Shown here: one piece after another, positions 26,262 through 39,915 of the stretch
Layout of the letters: every line of letters starts with the position of its first letter
How positions within the stretch are numbered: the stretch's first letter is position 1
Source: Xylographa opegraphella
Lineage: Eukaryota
Assembly (NCBI GenBank): GCA_022813865.1
Contig: JALDZX010000017.1
Location: forward strand, 186,001-250,000
Length of the DNA stretch: 64,000 nt
Reading direction: 5' to 3'
Program-made: the position numbers and the translations under genes
The notes under the pieces: model-generated
Told to the model about the DNA's origin: nothing
The model's input: the letters and a program-made list of their open reading frames with translations, nothing else
The model's database searches: none

Positions 26262-26610
26262 GACCAGGGGAAGTCTCGAAGAGAGGAAGTAAAGAGGAGG
26301 ATTGGAGTAGATAAGAGTGCTAATGCATAATTCTTAATGGATGAGGTCGGGAGAATGTTGCTGGTGCCCCTTTCGCGCATCGTCGCTCAAGGTCGTGGCT
26401 AAACCCCTAAGCGGGACTCCCCCGCATCTCCATTTCCGTCGTATCGCGGCAAAGATCCCGAAGAAAGGCAAGCACACCAAAGCCCTATTTTAATCAAATG
26501 ATGATATTTTAGGATATTACATACATATTCTATCAGTCCCACCACCAGGTCCAGTGCCACCGAGCTTGACGAAGCTCCAGGCCTTCCCATCTTCTACGCC
26601 CAGCCCAACC

Positions 26611-28383
26611 ATGCCGTACTCGCTCCAAAACCGCAACGTCCTCGTCACCGGCGGCTCCCGGTACCTAAGTTCCCTCCCCATCCATCTTAACGATCCCTCC
26701 ATATTGCCCGCCCTATCGACCGAAACATCGCTGACGATGGCAGAGGCCTCGGCGCCCTCGTCGCCGAGAAGTTCGCCGCCGAAGGCTCCCACGTCGCCAT
26801 CAACTACGTGGCGAACGCCGAGCGGGCCAAACTGACGGCGCAGAAGATCGAGCGGCTGTTTGGCGGGAAGGTGGTTGTTATTCAGGGGGTAAATGTTGTC
26901 TTTGCTACGCGGATGTTTTGTTTCTGTTAGGGTAGAGTTGGAATGACTGACGAGAGTGGGGCGGTGCTAGGATATGGGCGTTCTTGCGGATTGTGAGAGG
27001 GTGGTTAAAGAGGCTCATGCGGAATTGGGGGGGCTGGATATGATTATCTCGAATGCGGTGAGTGAGGCAGCGCTTTGCTTTCGTTGCCTTTCGGGATTTG
27101 GGTGGCTTGCTTTGGACGAAGGTGGGAGGGCTGATGGTGTCACGTGCAATGGTAGGGGTGGACGAAAGTCAGTCAGTTTGGGGACTTGCATGCGCTGAGT
27201 GAGGAGGAGTGGGACAAGGTATGTTGTTTTTTTGTGCTTACCCATAGGATGGTTCGATTTCGGTCATGGCTGATGAGAAGGCTGTAGTGCTGGGCGGTCA
27301 ATGTCAAGGGCAACATGCATCTCCTGCGGGAGGCGCTGCCCATATTCAATGCGAACCCGGAGGGGGGAGTGTTTCTGATGACTTCGTCAATCGCGGTGAG
27401 ATGATGGCTGGTTCTGGTGAGGGTCGGGTTTGGCTGATGAGTGTAGGGCATTGGGCAAAGCGGGAGCGCGATGGCGTATTCTGTCACGAAGGCTGCTGGT
27501 GAGTTGGTGGCATGTGTTTTTTCCGATATAGGAGGCCTTTGCTAATGGTGTGGGAGGTTTGCAACTGATGAAGTGCCTCGCCCAAACTCAGGGTCCCAAG
27601 ATCAGGATCAACGCTGTATTACCAGGCTTGTTATTAACGGAATGGGTCAGTCCGCTTGAACGGAGTGGGTATGAAATCTTCGAGCTGATTCTGTATAGGG
27701 TGAGCAATTCGGGGAAGCGCGTATCAAGCAAGTGAAGGAGAATGCGGTCTTAAAACAAGAGGTAAGGGGCTCACATGAGAGGATTAAAGAGCTGAAGATG
27801 ACGTTTGGCAGACGCTACTTGATGATTGTGCGGATGCGTTCATTATGGCTGCAAAGGTGAGAACATCCAACCATTGGACGATGTCTTTCTTTCCCCATTG
27901 CCTTCCCGCTCTCCTCACCCTCGGTCTATTGTTCCTCAAGTGTACTCGTCATACTCTTGCTGCTCATCGGCGTGCATTTCACTACCCGTACTCTACACCT
28001 CCACAATCGGCATCAAGTTGCGAGGTTTGAGTAAGTTCAGAACTGCGTCTTCGAATTTTGGGACTTGGGGAGTCTAAAACATGCAACGCTCCATTCCCTT
28101 GGCCTACATTGCTTCTTACATGAGTCTTCAATACCTATAGCCGCCAGTTCGGCGACGTTCATCTGAGCAGGCTAAGAAGTCGACATCATGTTTTGGAAAG
28201 AACAGACCATTAGCAGAAACCTTGTGGTCAGAAAAACGACAAGGCGCACTGTTGCTAACTTATTATATAACATATAGAATACCTCCATGACAGGACAGAA
28301 CATCCAGATTGGTAAGAAACCCGGACTTAAAAGTCGGCGGCTAGTACTAATCTCCAGCAGATTCTGGCCTTGCCATAAAATAA
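26611..28383 (+). CDS. Short-chain dehydrogenase/reductase (classical SDR), 11 exons
   Basis: Spliced motifs VTGGSRGLG, ISNAG, MAYSVTKAA (YxxxK), RINAVLPG and terminal NTSMTGQNIQIDSGLAIK*. Ten introns traced. Confidence 0.92.
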
Positions 28384-28543
28384 TCCAAAACCGGGTTTGT
28401 GCAAGCCATAGACACGTCCAGACGAGATTTTTTTTTTCAGGCCACAACCTGTACAGATTCCGTGCATATACTGTAACGGGCTGCAGAGTGAAATAGCCTG
28501 GCACAAACCTAACTTCCTGCTATGGTCTTCGTTACTATTACAT

Positions 28544-29837
28544 TCAGGTGAAGGGGCTCCACAATTGTAGAGTTTCCGTAGTTCCCACAACATGTTTTGT
28601 GTTGGAATCGACCATGTTAGCCTTTTTGACCGCATAGCTGGCCGCCTTCTTGCCTGATCCTTCCACGATCGCGCTTTCAGCACGCAATGTTTGCTGATCT
28701 ATAGTACGAATGTATACGTATGAATCAGATGACGAGATCAAACCGACTCCAGGCTCGGTAGCGGTCGGAGCTGCGTGAACTTTGTCGAAACCTGAGGACC
28801 AAATGATGCGCTTCTCGTTCTTGCCTGAGACATGGTCTACCGCGGCTTTGCTCCAAAGGGGGCCAATGACTCGGTGCCTGTTCAGAATCTCCTGAGCTGA
28901 CCACTTACACCAATCGATATGCCGATCCTCTGGAGTAATCTTTGGTGCCGGTCTTACAAGACCGGCTGTTAGTTTTGAATCAGGTTCAGACAAGAAAACA
29001 CCTTCGAGCAGCCCTCGAAGAAGCAGGTCAGCTCCTTTTGGGGCAAGAAAACCCAACATTTCGGCTGGTGTTATACCATCTGGATTTGGGATCTCCAGGC
29101 CAGGTTGGGGCGTCTGTAATAGAGTATTTCCTTGATCCAAATGACTGTGATGCAGTGTTTGCAAAGTAATTCCTGTCGTCCTACAGTTGTGTAGAAGTGC
29201 CCAATGTATTGGTGCTGCCCCTCGGAAGCTGTATAGGTAAGCAAGTTTGACAAGTCACATGGGGAGTTGAATAGGCTTACTCTGGCAGCAATGAGGGATG
29301 TACGTTGATGCCACCATATTTAGCGTTCTGGAGTATCCGCCGTGGTATTAAGAGGCCGAATGAGACAGCGATGACTAAATTGATTGTTTGGCCATCTGGT
29401 CGTGGACACTGTACTTACGGTTAGGACTTTCAAGCCGTGCAAAAACTCTCCTCCTTTACCTGCCACCCGGTGAAAGTCTCAAGCTGATGCAATGGGAGAG
29501 AGAGCTCCCGAGCTGCAGCAACTATTGGGACTACAGGAGGGTCAGCTAATCGATACCTTGGAATGGTTTCAATGATTGTACCTTCCCGCACATTCTTCAA
29601 GCCTCGTCCCTGTTTCTTGCCCACCTTGCACGCAACATCGAGAGATTGTATCAACTCTGGATTTACGGTTTTTTCACGATGCAGTGCCTCGAGTGACGCA
29701 ATGCTAAACTCATCTGACCCGCAGAAGAGGATCCGCAATGGATCTGCACTTTTGGTCACAAGCCGGCGTCGTATCTGTATGATACCTGACTTCCGCTGTA
29801 TCAACAATGTTCTTCGAAGTAGACTCTGAACAATCAT
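28544..29837 (-). CDS. FMT1: Mitochondrial methionyl-tRNA formyltransferase
   Basis: Arg-rich presequence, LRILFCGSDEFS, VSFGLLIP, GINVHPSLLP.FRGAAPIHWALL and APKIT; three introns. Confidence 0.93.
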
Positions 29838-30213
29838 GGTTGTGTCGTTGTGATTGGAGGATGCAAGCCGAGAGGAGCTTCAAACATGGTCCGAGCTTTG
29901 GGACCTATTCGAGGTCCTTTGTTCCGGCGAAGCCTATTTGAATCTGCCAAGTTTGATATTTCTCTAATTCAGTGGAAGGCGAGTGATTTTGATCAATTTT
30001 TGTCAATAGCTATAATGCTGGAATTCTCCGCTATTTACAATGTAACTTAGGCATGCGTTGTATGTCGAACTCTGATGTCATATGTACCTACATGGATAGC
30101 ATGTACGGCATGGGCCTTAGCACGTGGATCGTCAGATGATTCCCGAGCGTCCAATTTACCCCCGACTCAACGAGATGTCCTGAACAGGCTGCGCAAAATA
30201 CGTTCAACAGATT

Positions 30214-30959
30214 ATGGATTCCGAGGAAACTCAGCCACTTTTGCGTGAGGAGCGGCAAGCCCAGCGCGATGCAGAACACGATCATATCCATGAACATATA
30301 GTCTGGCTGGCTCCCGATGGGGAGCACTCGAAGCTTCATGGGGCTCGAGCTCAGACCCAACGGGCCCTTAGTTCCAAAACCGGTCATTACTCAGTTCTGA
30401 TACTGGTCTCTCTTGATGTCAGTATTATTTTTGCAGACTTCCTTATCAGTCTGTATCAGTGCGAACATTCGTGCGGGAATGCAGACAGTGGAGTCAATCA
30501 TGACCTGGATGAAGCACAAGAAGTGATGGGCATTGTAAGCTTGATATTCAGTTGTCTCTTCATGCTCGAATTGCTTGCTAGTATTTGGGCCTTTGGATTA
30601 CCGTAAGCCGCTCTGTTCTGTCAATGGGCGACATACGTTAATATTGAGATAGGTACTTCAAATCGAAGTTTCACTGCTTCGATGCTTTCGTCATTATTAC
30701 CGGATTTGTCGTCGATGTCTGTCTCAAAGGTGTACTCGAAGAGGTCGGATCCATTGTGGTTGTTCTGCGGTTGTGGCGGGTCTTCAAAATTATTGAGGAG
30801 TTCAGCGCTGGAGCGGAAGAACAGATGGACACCCTTACGGAAAGAATTGAAAGTCTGGAGAGGGAAAACGAGGAGTTGAAGAAGGAGTTGCACAATCTGA
30901 AAAGTATAGGTGGCGATACGAATGGCAATGCCAAAGGTCAGTCTGACAGTAGTTCGTGA
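30214..30959 (+). CDS. HVCN1: Voltage-gated proton channel Hv1
   Basis: S1 LVSLDV with the selectivity Asp, S2 FMLEL, S3 FDAFVI, S4 LRLWRVFKII and a C-terminal coiled coil. One intron at about 30603-30652. Confidence 0.9.
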
Positions 30960-32351
30960 ATACGCATGCATTCCGATCATTGGTTCTTGAAATGAGGGAA
31001 TTCTTGCGTTGGCGGTTTATGTTGCTCGATTTCGTGGACTTTTTTATGCTTGGATCTCACTTCAATATACATGTAATGTATGATTTAGCTACAGGTTTTC
31101 GGGTTGGTGTTTCAATTCTCGAATGAATTGCAATTACAATATCCGCTAGCTTCTTGTCTGCGGATTTTATACTTTTGGCCACCCTGAGTGTAATCAGAAG
31201 CTACAATATGACTCTGTGATCTAATGCCTAACTCGAATGGGCTGCCGGCGAATACAGCAATTGTGGTCCGCACCCTAGGATCTCCACAACTTCGAAGTCG
31301 TGTGCTATACACGTGCTGTGTCCAGAATCCCTGGAACATCAGAAAGATAACGTGTAACGGTATGGCTTGACGATTCTGGCGCAACCACCATGCCATTGAA
31401 AGTACAAGGTGGAGATGGGCCCTTGCATCTAGAATTCTCAAGGACCTAAGCAGTGCTGTGATAGCTCATCTGGTTCTGTGCACAAGATACTGTCATACAG
31501 TGTATGAGCTTGTCTTGTGCGGGTTCCAGCTCCTGAAGGCATGACAAGCGGATACTAGGCTGGCTTCGCACTTTCGTACTAGACAAGAGCTTCCATTTTT
31601 AAATGCCGGAAGAGGGTAGACAACTGCAAAGCAGTTCTTCTGTCTTGTCAGGGAACTTGGAACAGCTCTTTGTAGATCGTAACCACCTCGCAGTCAGCAT
31701 TTTCTCTTCCTTCCATCCGACAAACATACTATCTAGTGCTTTTATGAATATAAACATTTTTGAGATTAGTCTCTTCCTGATTCGGGTCTAAATCAAATTT
31801 GGATTGATGACAAAATGCCTTGATGGCTGACAGTCAAGAACGTGGGCTCAGGCTGACGAGGCATACTCGGACTTCGTGCCTGGCCGCTGTACTTAGTAAA
31901 CAATAGCCCATGATACAACTTTTTCCGATTCTGATAGATATACTACATTCTGCCTGATCTCCTTTGATCTAGAACTGGCTTGTTCTGATAAGATCTGTCA
32001 AAGGTGGACCGGAGACCGGATCGACCTTTTCTCCGCACATGGACTAGGGTGCAGGCTTTTTGGCTTCCAGCGTCATCAGAGTGGCTTGCACGCGACTCAG
32101 CATTTGAGGCATGTCTGTTTCGTACAACATAAAGTGCAAAGTCTACCTCTTCATTCACGTACAGTAATTCTCGACGTAACGCACGGACTCCCGAGGCGCT
32201 GAGCTTCTCAAACAACAGGACCTGCATACTGCCCAGAATTGACCGCGCAAGTTCCTTCTTTCTGACGATCATTTGCATGTCACACCGCGAATTATACTCC
32301 AGTACAGGAATAGTGCGGAGGAGTCGTGAAGGTCTCCAATAGCCTTCAGTC

Positions 32352-34253
32352 ATGGGTCAGACGCTCTCGGAGCCGGTTGTGGAGAAGGTGTGTCATCGTC
32401 TCCAGTCGTGAAATCCATCAATTGACCCCGGGTGAACTTTTGCTATCCATGTTATATCCAGTGCCTGGGCCATGCTTAATATCGAACTTCCAGACGTTCA
32501 ACAATATTTCCAGTAGTTTCGTTGTTTTCTGCCGTTGCTGATCCTGTGAACCTCCAGATTTCCGACGAGGGGCAGGATGACCGTGTAGCTTTCGGTGTAT
32601 CAGCCATGCAAGGCTGGCGTATTAGTATGGAAGACTCTCACGCAACGGTATTAGACCTGCAAGCAATACGTGCAGAAGACAAAGACTTCAAGCCCGCGTC
32701 AGTAAGAGACAGGTTGAGCTTCTTTGGAGTATACGACGGACATGGTGGGGATAAGGTTGCATTATTTGCTGGAGAGAAAGTACATAACATCATTGCTCAG
32801 CAAGAATCATTCAAGAAGGGGGACATCGAGCAAGCTATGAAAGACGGATTTCTGGCTACCGATCGTGCAATACTGAACGGTAAAAGACATGACTCCCTAC
32901 TTTCGTGAGGCTTCCACACTGACTTACTTGGCCAGATCCCAAGTACGAGGAAGAGGTATCTGGATGCACTGCGTCGGTTGGAATAATCTCAGATACCAAG
33001 ATATACGTGGTAAGCTGAATTGCAGAAACATCCCTTGAGGTGAATTATATAACGGTACAGAACGGCTGATACGCGTAAAAGGCCAACGCCGGGGATTCTC
33101 GATCTGTGCTTGGTGTTAAAGGCCGGGCAAAACCCCTATCATTCGATCACAAACCGCAGAATGAAGGTATGTGCACTTTCTTGTTGTCGCTGTCATATGA
33201 GCTAATTAACCATCTTCCAGGTGAAAAGGCAAGGATATGCGCAGCTGGCGGGTTTGTTGACTTTGGAAGAGTCAATGGCAACCTGGCATTATCAAGAGCT
33301 ATCGGTGACTTCGAATTTAAGAAAAGTGCGGAGCTTTCGCCAGAGCAGCAGATAGTTACAGCATTTCCCGATGTCACGACCCATGTACTTTCTGATGATG
33401 ATGAGTTTCTAGTGATTGCTTGTGATGGTAAGTCACCAGATTATTCAGAGTTTTCAACAGCTAACAATGTCGAATTACTAGGCATTTGGGATTGTCAGTC
33501 ATCCCAAGCTGTAGTCGAGTTTGTGAGGCGAGGCATTGCAGCCAGACAAGAACTCCATAAGATCTGTGAGAACATGATGGATAATTGCCTTGCGTCCAAT
33601 AGCGAGACTGGGGGTGTGGGTTGCGACAACATGACAATGATTGTCGTCGCTCTACTTCGTGGAAAAACCAAGGACGAATGGTATAAACTAGTTGCAGAAC
33701 GTGTAGCGAACGGCGATGGACCATGTGCTCCACCAGAGTACGGCAAGTCTGGACCTACACTGAATATAACATTCAATCATTAACAGTCTCCCTAGCCGAG
33801 CATCGCGGTCCAGGCGTGCGTCGTCAGTATGAGGACACTGATGATGATTTCGACCGTGATATGGATCAACGCACAAGAGGCGTTGGTGGCCGTTCCGGTC
33901 GAATCATCCTACTCGGTGATGGCACTGAGGTTTTGACTGACAGCGACGAACAAGAAATGTTTGATCACGACGAAGAAGATAAGGACTTGGAGAGTCAAGT
34001 GAGTAGAGGGCAAATGCAGACCGAAACCACCGAGTTCAGAAACCGTGAAGCAACACCTGGACCGGAATCCGAACGCGGCCATCTTACAAGCCATACTCCA
34101 GAACCGATGGAAGATTCTAATCCTTTTGACTCACCCGCTTCGAACTCGACGGAGAGATCAACTGCAGCGGATGAGCCTCCACCGTACGTCAAGGCAGCTA
34201 ACGACAGTGATGTCCCCGAGAAGTTAACCAATCCATCTTCCAAGAAACCTTAG
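32352..34253 (+). CDS. PTC2: Protein phosphatase 2C, Ptc2/Ptc3 type
   Basis: [50 protein letters not shown] and GCDNMT; six introns. Confidence 0.96.
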
Positions 34254-35017
34254 GATGTCGATATCGCCGAAGCAATACATGGTCCTCCTTATTTGATGAT
34301 CTGTAATCGAGGGAGGTTAACGAGCTATGATATTACATGTTCCGCAGGGTGGCAGTCCAGCATTGTCAGTGATCAGCGGAAATTTACTCAATTAACGCGT
34401 TTGCACCACAGGGTTTCCCATGTTCCATGGCGACCTTGTTTATACCCCAGCATTCGAACTAGGCTCTCCTTGAGATCTGTTACACCAGCAAGCTTGCTGC
34501 GCAATCGACCAGTTGCCTAAAAATTTCAAGCATTCTGATCTCTCATAGTTGACCAAAGATACTCTAGAAATGATTTGAAATCCTCCGCGCCAAAGACCCA
34601 TCGCAGGTGGAGAGAGGATTAAATGAAGTCCAAGCCCAAAGCCCTTTGCAATAATATGACCATCAAAGGAAGCAAGTCAGTAGTTGTTCGTAATTATCAT
34701 GTTGCGTCAATTACTCTGGCACGTGCTCACGCTTCTTGACGGGAAGACTTGGCTGCATGACGACTCTCTGTGATCTGGCAGAACAGGGAATTGTAAACCA
34801 AAAGCTACATCAGCTGAAAACATTGAAAGTGATTTACATTCATCAGGGCATTCTTCAATGCGAATTTCACACTCCTTGATGCATGTGTAGCTGCTTACTG
34901 CGATTTTGTGGCACAACACTACTGTGTCTTGACTCGACTTCACGGACTCCTACAAGCTATGTGTAGGACACACTGCCGTTAAGTTACTGGCTCTGCAAAT
35001 AATCATCTGCGGCCAAT

Positions 35018-36636
35018 ATGTCTTCGCCTTCATCATCAGGCTCGGGGAAGAGAAAACGCAGTGCGAATCTGGCTACAGGAACGAAAAAGTCTTCGACAGT
35101 CGATCTACAGCAGCCCTCTTCGCGTGACGCCTCAGGTGAAGACGCGGCACACGACAACTCCACTGAAGCTCCAACAATTGCCAAGCACAAAAAGTCCACA
35201 ACATCCATTGACTCAACAAACCCTCCGGCCAAACGTCCCCGAACGCGGTCAAGTGCTGTTGCAGAAAACAATTCGAGCAATGGCACACCAATACCGAGTA
35301 TAAATAAAGAGGACCCTGGTGAACCATCCGATACTACCGAAGCGAGCTCTGACATTGCGACGCGATCGAAAACCAGGGGAAGAAATATCATTGGTAAAGG
35401 ACAGCAAGATGGCAAGCTTGATGAGGATAGCAAGGCAATGCCTCCTCCAGGAAAGGGAGGTTTACAGGATCCTATCGGCTACCATACGAACCCACCGCCA
35501 AAGGGGAGAGCTATACGGATATACGCGGATGGTGTCTTCGACTTGTTCCACCTTGGGTACGCTAATGAAGTGTTCTACACTGATTACAGAACTAACATCG
35601 TGGGCAGGCACATGCGCCAACTTGAGCAAGCGAAGAAAGCCTTTACAACAGTATATCTTCTCGTGGGAGTAACAGGAGATGCGGAAACACATAAACGAAA
35701 GGGTTTGACAGTCCTATCAGGATCAGAGCGTGCTGAGACTGTACGACATTGCAAATGGGTGGACGAAGTTATACCTAACTGTCCCTGGATTGTCACGCCA
35801 GAGTTTCTTGAAGAGCACAAAATCGACTATGTAGCGCATGATGATTTGCCCTATGGAGCAGATGAAGGCGATGATATCTATAAGCCTATCAAGGAAAAGG
35901 GTATGTTCTTGGTGACCCAAAGAACAGAAGGTGTCAGCACCACGGGCATTATCACCAAGTATGTGCTACTGCTTGCATGGTTTTCATGATTCTTCACTCT
36001 AACAAATTAATAGGATTGTGCGAGACTACGAGAAGTACATTGCGCGGCAATTCAAGCGAGGGACGTCACGGCAAGAACTGAACGTTTCTTGGCTCAAGAA
36101 GAACGAACTCGACCTCAAGCGTCATGTCACGGAGATCCGAGACAGCGTTCGCAACAACTGGACTACGACCGGTCAGGAACTGACCAAGGAGCTTAGACAA
36201 TTCTGGCAAAGTAGCAGGCCTGCCAGTCCAGCTAGAGGTATGAGCAGAAGTGGCAGCGAGGTCGATCTGTCTGGAGCAATGAAGAGCCCGACTGCACTGT
36301 CACACCTCAGCCATCTGGACATCCCGAGGCAAGACAGTCCAGGTGGCGGTCGCGCCAGCAGTGATTTCGCTACTGGTTACAGTTTGGGCCTTATCGGTGG
36401 TGTGAGGTCTTGGGTATGTTCGAACACTGCATCAAAGGAGCATTGTACTAACATTGTGACAGATGACAAGAAGCCGGTCCAACATACGCGACAGTCAACC
36501 TGGCAGTCCAGAGAGAAGCAGCGAAGAGGATGATTCAGATTTGAAGAGTCCGAAAGAAGACAAGATGCCTTCAAGGGGGCGGGTTGGTCAGCGCGGCCAC
36601 GAGGAGAGCGAGGATGCTATGGACACCGTAGACTAG
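35018..36636 (+). CDS. PCT1: Choline-phosphate cytidylyltransferase
   Basis: [19 protein letters not shown] (HxGH), [14 protein letters not shown] and [10 protein letters not shown]; three introns. Confidence 0.95.
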
Positions 36637-37182
36637 ACATTCTTAGTCCTCACTGTGGTTTGTGGGAAGGCTCCGGACAAAATATAGCAATAATACTTCG
36701 GTGCCGGAGCAGGTAGGTTGATAATTTACATCCTCATATTTGTAAAAACTAGCGGGCATTTCTGTCGATATTCCTATAGAAAAAGTTACCAGGACCTACT
36801 CTCCGGCTGTTCTTGGACATAATCTCTGCATACCTATCCGTGGACTTTTTGGTAAATAGCTGCGATACCCAAAGGCGTGATATATACTGACTGGAAAATG
36901 CCGGTTTTCAGAAGCACTTTGTAGACCCATCTTCGATACTAGACTTGCTCCCTTTTCGCGTTTATAGCTAAGTAAACTCTTCCTAAGTAAGGAAGTGGCC
37001 CGAAAGCGGCTCCGAGATCTTTTCAATGAATTATAATCACTATCGCGAAACAACGGGACTGCGAGGTGGAAAGTAGTAATTCTATCTCCACCACAGCAGC
37101 CAGATGATGCCACTGCAACGACAGCATACATTAAACTTCGTGTAAATGCTTCGCTTTCCATCTCCACCCGTTCGACTCCTCT

Positions 37183-37753
37183 CTACGACCGAGGCTTCTC
37201 TTTCTTCTCCTTCCACAGCGCAGACAGACCCACTCCTGAAACTTTCACAACCTTGAACCGCACACCGGGAATATCACCCTTCGCCTTGCCCTTTCGCCCG
37301 AAACCTGAGAGTAGTACTTCGTCGTTCTCGTCGACGAAGTTGAGACAACCATCGTTGGGCACTAGAGTGCACCAACGATTAGCGACTGGTCTTCAGCTAT
37401 TGGTTTTCATTCTTGCTTCAATATTTCACACGGAAATGTGCCAATTTCTCGCCCATACAGTGTTCCCAAGCCAAACTAACAAAGATTCACATACCGAAAG
37501 CAGTAACCTTCTTTCCGTTCTTAATTAACTGCACTCTGACACATTTTCGGATAGCACTGTTTGGCTGCTTGGCTTCGACACCAACTTTCTCGAGCACTAT
37601 TCCCTTGGCGTGCGACGAACCCCCGAAAGGCGAAGACTTGTAGGCTGTTCCAAGGAGGCGCTTCTTGTACGAGAGATCGGCCCAACGGCCTTCGCGACGA
37701 TGGTTGCGGAGCTTGCGGGCGGCGTTGAGACCACGGGGCTTTCCTTTACCCAT
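37183..37753 (-). CDS. RPS23: 40S ribosomal protein S23 (uS12)
   Basis: [15 protein letters not shown]...[10 protein letters not shown]...VPNDGCLNF...KEKPRS*. One coding intron plus a probable 5'UTR intron just before the ATG. Confidence 0.98.
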
Positions 37754-37935
37754 GGTGGCTGGATGCGGTCAGTCTCGATCAAATTGAGCAGAATTGCTGC
37801 TATGGTGTATCATATGTATCGAAGGGGTCTGAAGAACTCACCGATTGATAAGTGGTCGCGAAATGGGGATTTGTGATGGGTGTCGTTGTCGATGAAGTTC
37901 TTAGTTCGAGATTTGGCAAGCGAATGTGGGTGCGC

Positions 37936-37958
37936 CAGCCCTTAGTGCTGTAGGGCTG
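37936..37958. promoter_or_regulatory. Inverted CAGCCCT...AGGGCTG pair in the RPS23 promoter (Tbf1-like ribosomal-protein gene element)
   Basis: CAGCCCT(n9)AGGGCTG lies about 190 nt upstream of the ATG. It resembles the AGCCCTA/TAGGGCT element known from fungal RP promoters. Confidence 0.55.
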
Positions 37959-38116
37959 AGTAGACGGCCTTGCTTTCGAGCTCCACTTCCTTATCTTGCT
38001 ACCTATATATAATAGAGGCTCGTGATGTGGTCTTTCGACACGTGGATTTGTGATTGATGTTATCTCAACTATAGCTCCGAAATGTCAGGTTATACTCAGA
38101 CACACTGAGACATGCA

Positions 38117-38899
38117 ATGAGACCCCAATCGCCCACAGATACTCTATCCCCCACGTCCAGCAATCCTTCGCCACGGCATCCACAACGTCCACCTCCGCCA
38201 TCTCTTTTCTTTGGGCCTCCATCTCATAATGCCTCAAATATCTCTCTACCTTCTCTCTACCAAACGAATACAAATCTCTCAACGTCGAAAGCCGCATCTC
38301 AGGCTAATGCTTCCTTTGGAGGCCGCTCGACCCGGGTGACCGACTCCGGCCTGTCTACCGCTTCGCCTCTTGGCCGTTCCTCACAACAGCAACAGCAGCA
38401 AAAGCAACACCAGAGCGAGGGTGAACGCACAGATGCGCTGTGGGCAGAAATGCAAGCCACGCTTGCAGAAGTAGAGCTGAGTGCTGCTCGTGGAACGCAT
38501 TTTTTTGGCCCTGAGCATTCTACTGCTTTGGAAGCGCTGAGAGCCTCCCAGATCGCCCTCGCTCAGGCTTGGGCACGGAGTGAGGCTGATGAGAATGTCG
38601 AGCACCCATGCGAGAATGAGGATGTAGACGGCAGGGGCGTGAGACCAACGTCCGCTGGAGACGGTAAGGAGAGGAAGAAGGGCGTGGGTCTTGAGGAAGA
38701 GACTGAAGGAGATATATTGTTAGCGAGGAAGAGAAGAGAAGCAAATGATAGGTATTTCGAAAGAGTGAGTGCTGGCGTCCTTGATGTGGTGGGAAGGCTG
38801 GAGGAGGTCGCTGTTGCGATGGGGAAGGTTGAAAAGCAAAGTAGAGAGCTTTGGAGCGAAAGTGAGAGTATTGATTCGGGGTCGTTAAAGTCCTCGTGA
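38117..38899 (+). CDS. Conserved fungal hypothetical protein (coiled-coil, poly-Q)
   Basis: 260-aa single-exon ORF with TDALWAEMQATLAEVELSA, LRASQIALAQAW and RREANDRYF; divergent from RPS23. Confidence 0.8.
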   Translation: MRPQSPTDTLSPTSSNPSPRHPQRPPPPSLFFGPPSHNASNISLPSLYQTNTNLSTSKAASQANASFGGRSTRVTDSGLSTASPLGRSSQQQQQQKQHQSEGERTDALWAEMQATLAEVELSAARGTHFFGPEHSTALEALRASQIALAQAWARSEADENVEHPCENEDVDGRGVRPTSAGDGKERKKGVGLEEETEGDILLARKRREANDRYFERVSAGVLDVVGRLEEVAVAMGKVEKQSRELWSESESIDSGSLKSS

Positions 38900-39321
38900 T
38901 ACTTCAACCACATCAGCTATTACACTTATCACTATCACCCAAAGGAGCACTTCTTCCAAACCTCAACAGCCGTCGTCACTTCTCTTGACCTCTTCAGTTA
39001 TTGTTATACTATATGATTGCTTCGGCTTGCTGATTTCGTCATCTGCCGGAGGCTGTCATGCTTCTAACTGAACTTCAGACGACTGCTTCTAGTACTTTTG
39101 ATGAGTGGAACTGCCATTCTGTTAGGCATGTAAATAAGTACAATCCTCCACTTGCATGGTTTTATCTCAACTCCGTGGTTTCCATAATTCAGGACAGTTT
39201 CCGAACGAACCAGATAGCAGCCGACTCTTTTCCTACTGAACACGGATCAGACACAACCCAGCAGTTATCCCCGTCTTGAACATTCATTAACCCCCCAAAA
39301 AGCCGATTACCTGTCATCGAT

Positions 39322-39915
39322 ATGGTGACTACCACGGAGCCTGATCAGCAAACTGATAAAAAAGCCTTACTAGAAGGCTCAAATGCTAAATCGGCAACCA
39401 GAACGTCTCGCTTGTATGTCACATCTCAGCTTATTTGGCTTCAAATTTCGATGTTATAAAAAAAATTGTACGAAGACTTCATACACTTCGAAGTTGGCGA
39501 TAATGCGCAAGACTGGTGTTCATAAAGGACTGCTATGCGAGACGTTCTTCTAGCTCGAAGGATACTCGTGCGATTTTTAGGAAGAGCGAGAAGAGATAGG
39601 CTATCTGGATGACGATGATGTAGAAACGTTTCAGCGTCTTCATCTTTGGTTCTATCCAGGGCGTCTTCTTGACAGCGACGAATTGCTCGATTTCCTCAGT
39701 CCATGACCCTCGATCGATCGTTACAACCGAGTGAACCTCCGCGGTATCCCCAAACTTTAAAGCCTTGTCTCCAACATGTTCAAACCAGCTTGGTTGCTAC
39801 TCTATACTTCGATGCCGAAACACATGATTCAACACTGGTTCATCTTGTTTACAATCGTACTCCAAGAAGCTCCGCGTTGTGGAAACTTTGGACTTGTTAC
39901 TATTCCAATCCGTAG
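39322..39915 (+). pseudogene. Degenerate BTB/POZ gene
   Basis: KLYEDFIHFEVGDNAQD[frameshift]GVHKGLLCETFF*LEGYSCDF*EEREEIGYLDDDDVETFQRLHLWFYPGRLL aligns by eye to the adjacent BTB gene. No AG acceptor at the expected position of the first intron. Confidence 0.8.

Noticed and set aside
37362..37493. Intronic C/D snoRNA in the RPS23 intron (also checked the STF2 introns)
   Set aside because: No properly paired C box (RTGATGA) and D box (CTGA) with a terminal stem.
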